DNA from: Squatina squatina
Taxonomy: Eukaryota
Direction: 5' to 3'
Assembly (NCBI GenBank): GCA_031763465.1
Contig: JARFOE010000046.1
Span: forward strand, 9,777,133-9,819,345
DNA length: 42,213 nt
Program-made: the position numbers and the translations under genes
The notes under the pieces: generated by a model
What the model was told of the DNA's origin: nothing
Database searches by the model: none
What the model saw: only the letters and a program-made list of their open reading frames with translations
Shown: one piece after another, positions 34,711 to 42,213 of the stretch
Position numbering within the stretch: position 1 is the stretch's first letter
Layout of the letters: each line of letters begins with the position of its first letter

Positions 34711-35064
34711 ACATGGCTGCTTATCACATCTTCCAGAAACATCTTCGTTGCTTCGCATCTAATGAATTACCTTGAAGTGTAGTGCCTGTTATGTAGCTAA
34801 ACCGTAAGGTGCAGAGTAATTGTATTGCAGACTAATTGGAAGCATTCAATTCTATATCTCCTTAATGACACACATGGCAGAAGGGTGACTTATAATGGCT
34901 GCCCTGTATCTTTACTTTCCCCATTGTCCATCTGCAGGCCCAGATTCCAGACTTTCCTTCTTAAAAAAAAAAACCCTCCATGTCAGGCAATGAATGGATC
35001 CATGAAGAAGGTTATCACTCTGACCATCCCATTATCCTGGGCAGAAGAATAGAGGAATACAACA

Positions 35065-35455
35065 ACTTTTAACTATATAGCGCCTTTTAACATAGTAAAA
35101 CATCCCAAGGCGCTTCACAGAAGTGTTATCAGAAATAATTTGGCACCAAGCCAAATAACGAGGCATTAGGACAGGTCGCCAAAAGCTTGATCAAAGAGTT
35201 AGGTTCTAAGGAGCGTCTTGAAGGAGCGTAGCAAGGCGGAGATGTTTAGGGAGGGAATTCCAGAGCTTAGGGTGGCTGAAGGCACGGCTGCCAACGGTAG
35301 AGCGATTAAAATCGGGGATGCGCAAGAGGCCAGAATTGAAGGAGCGCAGTATTCTCGGAGGGTTGTGGGGCTGAAGGAGGTTGCAGAGTTAGGGAGGGGT
35401 GAGGCTATGGAGGGATTTGGAAACAAGCTTGAGAGTTTTAAATTTGAGACGTTGC
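35065..35455 (-). mobile_element. L2 LINE 3' end
   Basis: atatagcgcc..catcccaaggcgcttcacag...gaattccagagcttaggg..gctgaaggcacggc; reverse complement of 7110-7385. Confidence 0.8.
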
Positions 35456-36754
35456 CAAAAACAAAGAGGAAAGACTTGGAAGAGTATAGGCAAAACTCTC
35501 TTCATTCTTACATCAATTTAAGTTAGTATTTGCATAGACTAAGCATTAATATTTCATAGCTGACTGAATCAGATGGATACTAGGCCTACTGAATCACTAG
35601 TTGGATAGTGCACAAAAATAAAAAGGAGCTTTTAACTGGCAATTACTTGTCGAGATCTGTGAAGCACAGCACTTACCAGAAGTCTCAATGTACAACATCC
35701 TGATAATCCAAGTCCTGTCAGAAGCTATGGAGGCTGACACTAATGGAGTTTGGATGAATTTAGCTGCATTAAATGATGAAGAATGTCAACCTGACTTCTG
35801 TGTTTAAATAATTCCAGGGCTTTAGGTATTCTGCGTTACCATTTCATTAGCAGCACTGTCCATTTAGCACAATTGAAAACTGATTAGTCGGTGCTGGACT
35901 TTGATTTGCCCTGTTTCAGGATTGCATCAACGCGTTTCCGGTATGTGATAATGAATGCATAGCATGTCAGCCAGTCAGACTGAAAATCGCGCCTGTCGTG
36001 AGCTTTTTAAATTATATATAAATGAGTCTGTCGACTCAGCTCTACAGGACCTGATGTTTGGGAGTGGGCTTCACTAAGCAGATGAAAGCTGAGCTTACTG
36101 GTGACGGTAACTGGGTGAACTGAAATGCTCAGTGCTGGATGTAGCAGAAATTTGCTGGAACTAAATATTGGGAATTTAAGTGTATGCATGCCACATTATT
36201 TTCCATCATTTAAAATGAATGGATAGAAAATTGTGAGGGCACCTGCCAAATTCACAGTATGTACTCCCAGCAGGTAAAGCTCCATGATGGGAGATTTTCT
36301 TTTAATAATATATATTTAATATAAATGTTTGTTAATTCAAAATATAATTGATGCTGTGAAGTGAGAGCTGGGATTTTGGAGCAGTGTGCTTTAATTTTAT
36401 CTTCTTATGAAAAATAATTTTCTTAAAAATTTGTATAAATAATTCACTTTACTTTTATTGAAGATGTATTAAATAAAATGTTCTTCATCACTGCTGCACT
36501 GCTGCTCTTCCATTTCCTTCAATAAATAGTTATTTAAAGTAAAAATAATTCTGCTGGATGCCCCCATGCAGGATGAATTTCTTGGTCCCTTGTGCTATAG
36601 TTTATTTTCAGGGTGTTGTTGTGCAAGTGCTCTTTTATTCTCTGAGCCAGACTCCTTAATATTTTCCTGCATATATTGCCTGGTGCCAATAGTCCCATAA
36701 AGTATTACCTGTATTGATTTATGAAAAAAAATCAGAAATGTTAACAAATAGATT

Positions 36755-37039
36755 GGCCTCGAAATTTGATCACGCTACACCCATTTTACAGGTGTAAAAT
36801 GGGCACCGAAGAGTCCAATATGGCAGGCAGTAAGCACTTGCTCATTCTACGGCAGAAGTGCTCCGCCTGTCACATTGGTTAGGGATCCTCTGTAGATGCC
36901 CAGGGTGCTTACCTGAAACTGGCGTTATTCCCTTTGCAAATGCAGATCAGGGGCCTATTGTTTATCTCATGCCCGCTGTGTGAAATTCAATTTGTTGCAG
37001 TCAGTTTCTTGAGGCGCTTCACAGCCAAACAAATGGTCC
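36755..37039. mobile_element. Harbinger-like MITE terminus with subterminal palindrome
   Basis: ATT|GGCCTCGAAATTT; perfect inverted repeat cccattttaca-gg-tgtaaaatggg at 36780-36803. Confidence 0.5.
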
Positions 37040-37139
37040 NNNNNNNNNNNNNNNNNNNNNNNNNNNNNNNNNNNNNNNNNNNNNNNNNNNNNNNNNNNNN
37101 NNNNNNNNNNNNNNNNNNNNNNNNNNNNNNNNNNNNNNN

Positions 37140-37300
37140 ATCCTGGCTGATTCTTCCACCCACTGTTTTGAGGGGGGTTGCAGCGCTCCTACAGCAAGCT
37201 CATTTGAGATTCGTGCACTTAGCCCAGAGCAGAAATTAAACCAAGGAACTTGGTCTATGTGAGCTCAGCAGGACATCAGGTAATGCAATTACTCACTGAA
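37140..37300 (-). mobile_element. Second SINE family, degenerate 5' part
   Basis: cctggctgatt...cttggtctatgtgagctcag reverse complement of the family head. Confidence 0.4.
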
Positions 37301-38091
37301 TCATTGACGTAGTCCTAATTAATTTTTTAAAAGCCAATAAAACTTGGACTGCGGCAGATTTATGGTCTAGTACAGCTCAGACACTCCCTTTAGTGAAGTT
37401 TTCAGATTGTCTGATGAATTAGCCTCCAGAAAAATAGAATCTCATGAGGTAACAACAGCCTTTAATTAAAAAGCTGAGCGGAGATTTGTGGGAATTTTAA
37501 CCTCCCCCCCCAACAAAATGGGTGGGTTTGGGCTAGGTGAGGTGTTAAAAATTTTTACATTTTAAAACAGAACCCAACCCACTCAAAACCACCCACTTCC
37601 AGTTTAAACGGAAACAGGTGACCAATCCGTTCGCAGGAGGCCTCCCCATAAATATCGGGGCCAAACACTCACTGTGCTGCCATGTTAATCTTGTCTATTT
37701 AAATTTCCAATAAATAGTTATTGAGATATTTTAAAAATGTTAATATTTATTGGTAATTAAAATAGACCAGCATAGATAAGTCCAGCTCCCCTCCCAAATC
37801 TAACAGTTCTTTGATTTCATTCACACTATTAGCATGATCCCAGTACACATGGTTATTTTTTTTTCCCCATTGAACCGTATACTAAAGCATCTTTGATCAG
37901 GGTTGAAGAAGGGAAACTGTGAGGCAGTGAATGATTTAGTCATGAATTCAATCTTGTACTTTAATAATGCTTCTAAATTCTCCACATACTGTAAAAGCAG
38001 GCAATATCAATCAAGCTTTCGCCATGTGGAGTTCTATGCTATGACCTCCTTTATGAGGGGCCCTGTTTCAGACAAATCTTTCACGCGCCCC

Positions 38092-38505
38092 AGTGTTACC
38101 TTGGCTCAGTTGGTAACATTCTTGTCCTGAAATCTGAAGTTCATGGGTTCAGGTCTATTAGGGACTTCAGCTTGCAGTCAAGGTTGGCACTGCAATGCAA
38201 AACTGAGTGAATTTAGCATCATAGGGTGCCATCTTATGGATATGATGTTAAACCAAGGCACCCATCTGCCTGCTGAAGTGCATATACAAGATCCCATACC
38301 ACAATTTGAAGAAGCAGCAGCAGGAGTTCTCTTGGTATTCTAGCTAACATTTTCCCCTCAACCAACAGCACCCAAAATAAATGTGGCTATTCATTCATTG
38401 GCTGTTTACGGGATCTTGTTGAGCACAAATTGGCTCCCGCATTTGCCTACATTGCAACAGTGACAGCACTTTGAAAATAATCCATTGGTTGAAAAGTGTT
38501 TTGGG
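38092..38505 (+). mobile_element. Deu-domain tRNA-derived SINE, near full length
   Basis: ttggctcagttggta head, gggttcag B box, aagatcccat..gaagaagcag core, gcacaaattggct..cctacattgcaacagtgac. Confidence 0.75.
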
Positions 38506-40129
38506 AATGCAAAGCACTGGTGCAAAACATAGCTGTGCAAATAAAAACATTCCTCAATCCAGTCCCTTGTGCATTTGGGTATGCTGTTCTCAATCAGTGA
38601 GTTCTGAACAATTGGCCTCCGTGCCTATATTCGGGAGAATAATCAGCTAGTCATCCCTATTTTTACCTTTTGGTATTGGAAGGCGACCCAAAAGAACTGC
38701 CCATCACTTTTATAGTAACAGCACATGCAGATGTTTGCTTCTGTTAGTCACTGTGCTTGCCCGAAGGTGAATGCAATTAATCAACGCAGTGCTCCTTTAA
38801 ATTTTTGTCCTAGTTCATATCAGCATTGTAAGTCAGAGTGGTGAATCTGGATAAGAAATAAATCAAGGTCAATCAATGTTGGCCTACTTCAATTTGACGG
38901 TAAAAGGCAGACAATCCTGAAGCATTTCTCCTTCAAACACTTGAACACATCTGGAGATAAAAGGTAGAAACGGCCTGATCTATGTTTTTTATCATTGCAT
39001 TGGTGGTAATTTGGACCTCTTTAGCTGAATCGGACTCCGTAAACAAATATAACTGCCCAGCTCATCCGCCTGAAGCCATGGCTGTGATGGGAGTAATTAC
39101 TCATCACCTGCATCCAATTACTCCCTGCACTGAGAAATTCTCAAATGACGAGCTCACCACAGTACAGTTGGATGTTGGGAACTGTTAGTTAATGAGCAAA
39201 AGCTTGTTCATTTTAATTTGGTGCCTGCGACAAAGGGGAGAACTGAGGATGAGGTATGGGCAGAGCAATGGGAAATCAGAAGTCTGCAGCCAGGCCATTT
39301 TTTTTTTAAGCTATGTGGAGCTTCTCGTTTATACTCGTGCTAATTTGCCCAGATTGTAACCGGAATCAGCCAGTGGGATAAGAGTAATTTCAGGGATGAT
39401 CAGCCTCTAATATGCATTGTAATCAGAGCAACAAGGTAGAGCATATGGGTACCATAATGAGAACAGCCAACTGCACAAGATGCAGAGATTCTTCCAGTGT
39501 GGGGGAGAGACAAGCAAGCAATCTCCAAGGAGTGTCTCCAGTTAAAGGTTGGCATGGAATTGTATTTCTAATGAACTGCCTAGCCACAAGAGGCTGATTA
39601 AAACCACCCATATTTCTTGAAGGTTGAGGTGGGAAAATGGAATATTCGTAAAGGCCAATTTGTTTTATGCAAACATTTCAACTACGTTTAATTTCTCATC
39701 TAGAAGTAAAATCTGGGATCTACAAATCAAAGCCTCTGAGACCGCGATTTGTGTTGGGTCTCTTGCAGAGAATATTGAAGTTGCTAAGTGGTTATTCCTT
39801 CAGGCATTTATTTAAACAGCTAAACTCCAAGATTAGCTGCATTAGGTTTTACAGCTTTGGAGTTTAGCGGTTTCTTGTTTAATGGTAAATTACTGTTTTT
39901 ATTAAAACAAAACAGATGCCCCGTTGACCGAGGACGTCAGTCGCAGTCTTATTTTTCTCCCAAAGGTCCCAACCTGCACATCACTACAAACGTGTGCGAT
40001 TAGAGACTGCACCAAACGCACGTGTGCCANNNNNNNNNNNNNNNNNNNNNNNNNNNNNNNNNNNNNNNNNNNNNNNNNNNNNNNNNNNNNNNNNNNNNNN
40101 NNNNNNNNNNNNNNNNNNNNNNNNNNNNN

Positions 40130-40721
40130 GGGCAGATGATCGGAGCGCTGTTCTTTCCCGAGTTAGTCCAGCAGAGGGACTGGAGAGGTCACATGGGAGG
40201 CCCCAACCAATCAGGTTTGACAGAGCTGTCAAAGCTTAAATGAGAGTTGAAAACTGCACAAACACATCCAAAAACATTTTAAAAATGATTTTAACATTAA
40301 AATTTAATGAAAAGGAGAAAAATACAAAACAAAATGTGAAATTTAAAGGAAAACTTTTAAAATGTTCAAAAAACATACTTACCTTAATGGGAATGGTTTT
40401 AAAATAATATACCATTAATTTTTTTGATTTTAACATTTTTACATCACTTACGGTAGTAAAACCAAGCATATACGCTTGGTTTTACCATGCGTAAAAAAGT
40501 TAGAGATTTCCAGGGCAAGCATGGAGAAAATCTCGCAAAGCTCCACTCTGGAAACCTGTTTTCTAGCCTAAACGTTGGATCTGTCAAGACAAATCTTGAT
40601 AGATCGCAAGTGTCGGATCTGCGGGCATGTGCAGAGGAGACCCAGATTCGGCACTTGTGAGGTGCCCCCAGGTGCATGGGAACATCGTTCCCACCCGGAG
40701 GGGGATCGCAATATCAGGGCC
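40130..40721. mobile_element. Harbinger-like MITE family A, longest visible portion
   Basis: AT-rich interior then hairpin-rich subterminal region ending gatcgcaatatcagggcc|AAT. Confidence 0.65.
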
Positions 40722-40744
40722 AATGTATTCAGGCGGGCTAGGGG

Positions 40745-41088
40745 AGGAAAAATGGCAGGGTGGTAGTGTGGTGGATGGGGGCTGCATGGGGTGGCAGCAT
40801 TGAGCAGAGATAATATTACAGTTCTACAGAGAGAGGATATTCTAGACGGCTCAAAGACATTTGGTTGGAGTTAAGGAACAGAAAAGGAGTTGTTACACTG
40901 TTGGGTGTTTACAGTAGACCCCCAAATTGTGAGAAGCAGATTTCAGAGAATTGTAAAAATAACAGAGCAGTAATAGTACGGGACTGCAACTACCCTAATA
41001 TAGACTGGCGAAATAAACATGGTAAAAGGCAAGGGGGTGAAGAATTCCTAAAATATGAGCTGGAAAACTTCCTTAATCTGTATGTTTC
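40745..41088 (+). mobile_element. CR1 LINE ORF2 endonuclease (APE) fragment
   Basis: WLELRNRKGVVTLLGVYSRPPN..ENCKNNRAVIVRDCNYPNIDW..GEEFLK..ENFL. Confidence 0.85.
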
Positions 41089-41385
41089 CTCCAACATTGG
41101 TCTCTTGTGCACCTCCCACATCCTTCACCCCACCATTGGCTGCCATGCTTTAAGCCTAAGCTTAAAAACCCTAAGCTCTGGAATTCCCTCCCCAATCTTC
41201 TTCACGTCTCTTCCTTTTAAGACACTGCTTAAAAGCGACTTCTTTGACAACGTTTGGTCTCCTTTCCTAGTATCTCCTTATTTGGCTTGGTGTCAACTAT
41301 TCTGTCTGATTACGCTCCTCTGAAGCGCCTTGGGGCATTTTTCTATGTTATTGGTGCTATATAAATGCAATTTATTGTTGTTTAG
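41088..41385 (+). mobile_element. L2 LINE 3' end
   Basis: cccaccattggc...ccctaagctctggaattccctcc...tgaagcgccttgggg..gctatataaatgcaa. Confidence 0.8.
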
Positions 41386-42213
41386 ATCTCCAGGTCTTGC
41401 CGATGTAAGTTGGACAGTGTGACAGGAATGATGTGATGCTTCAAGGGCAGTGAACGTAACTGTAAAAGAGACAGAATAAATAATATGTCTGGCTTACTGG
41501 TGCAGTGCTAAACATTTCCTCACATCTTTCTGACTGAAGGTTCGGATTTCAGCCACGGTCAGGCTCTGGGTATAGTTGACAAGTGTGTGCAGTGTGCTGG
41601 TTAGTCCTCGCTTGACAGCTTCTAAGTGGAGACTCTTGCTGGCATTAAACTGATAACCTTGCTTTGGTAATCCAAGCATAGAGAATCATCTCATTTGCAA
41701 GCACTCCCTGCTGATTAGGCTCATGAGACCCAACTGCAGGGTTACGCTAATATAACAGGGATGCCTAAAAGCCGCAGTATCCCTTTCCCAACACAGTTAC
41801 TGAGGTCAGGCCATTGTCAATAGTGAAAACTTGGGAAGAAAATAAGCAGCTGAATAGATTGTCAATCCACTGGAATAAAATTGCTCCTTGATTTGGGCCT
41901 TGCTTTGTTTCAGTGAAAGGCAGTTTGTATTATAATCCATGCAGGTTTTGCTGCTGATTCAAACTCGAGTTACCTCATCTTAATTGGGATGATGATTAAG
42001 GTGGTTCAACAGGCCTCAATGCTCATTGAATTCCCCCTCACTCTGCCACCCTCTCAGCTCCTGATAACAATCCAGCTGAAAAGCTCATGTATGGAGAGTT
42101 GAAGTGAAGATTGCTTCAAGGTTGGCAGCGATGGCTGTCCACCCTCCCCCTCCCCTCCTTCCCCCTCCCTGGACGGTTGAATGGCCTGCTGCCTCTCTCG
42201 CTGTCCAGGCTCA

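Noticed and set aside
38982-39188. 68-aa ORF with a hydrophobic, signal-peptide-like start
   Set aside because: No recognisable homology, promoter or splice support; expected by chance in T-rich DNA.

Overview
Vertebrate genomic DNA, almost certainly from a cartilaginous fish (shark-type repeat landscape: Deu-domain tRNA SINEs, CR1 and L2 LINE fragments, Penelope-like elements, PIF/Harbinger-like MITEs). The assembly is fragmented, with about 30 placeholder 100-N gaps and one 820-N gap. The one confidently recognisable coding feature is an alternative first coding exon of a spectraplakin at 18180-18279 (+), most likely dystonin (DST/BPAG1 isoform-1 type: [33 protein letters not shown], phase-1 donor), in a CpG-rich promoter. 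The shared downstream CH1 exon ([14 protein letters not shown]) is not visible, so the window is the large 5' intronic/alternative-promoter region of the gene. Most ORFs in the track are spurious or repeat-derived. Best leads: candidate extra phase-1 exons (a 5-codon METLL start exon and a 21-nt microexon), a decayed Harbinger Myb/SANT gene plus a hairpin-rich MITE family with covarying stems, a Penelope hammerhead ribozyme core, a Vingi/Ingi-like LINE nested in a SINE, and (TTAGGG)3 inside a CR1. Repeat boundaries are approximate and family names come from recalled consensus sequences, not searches.
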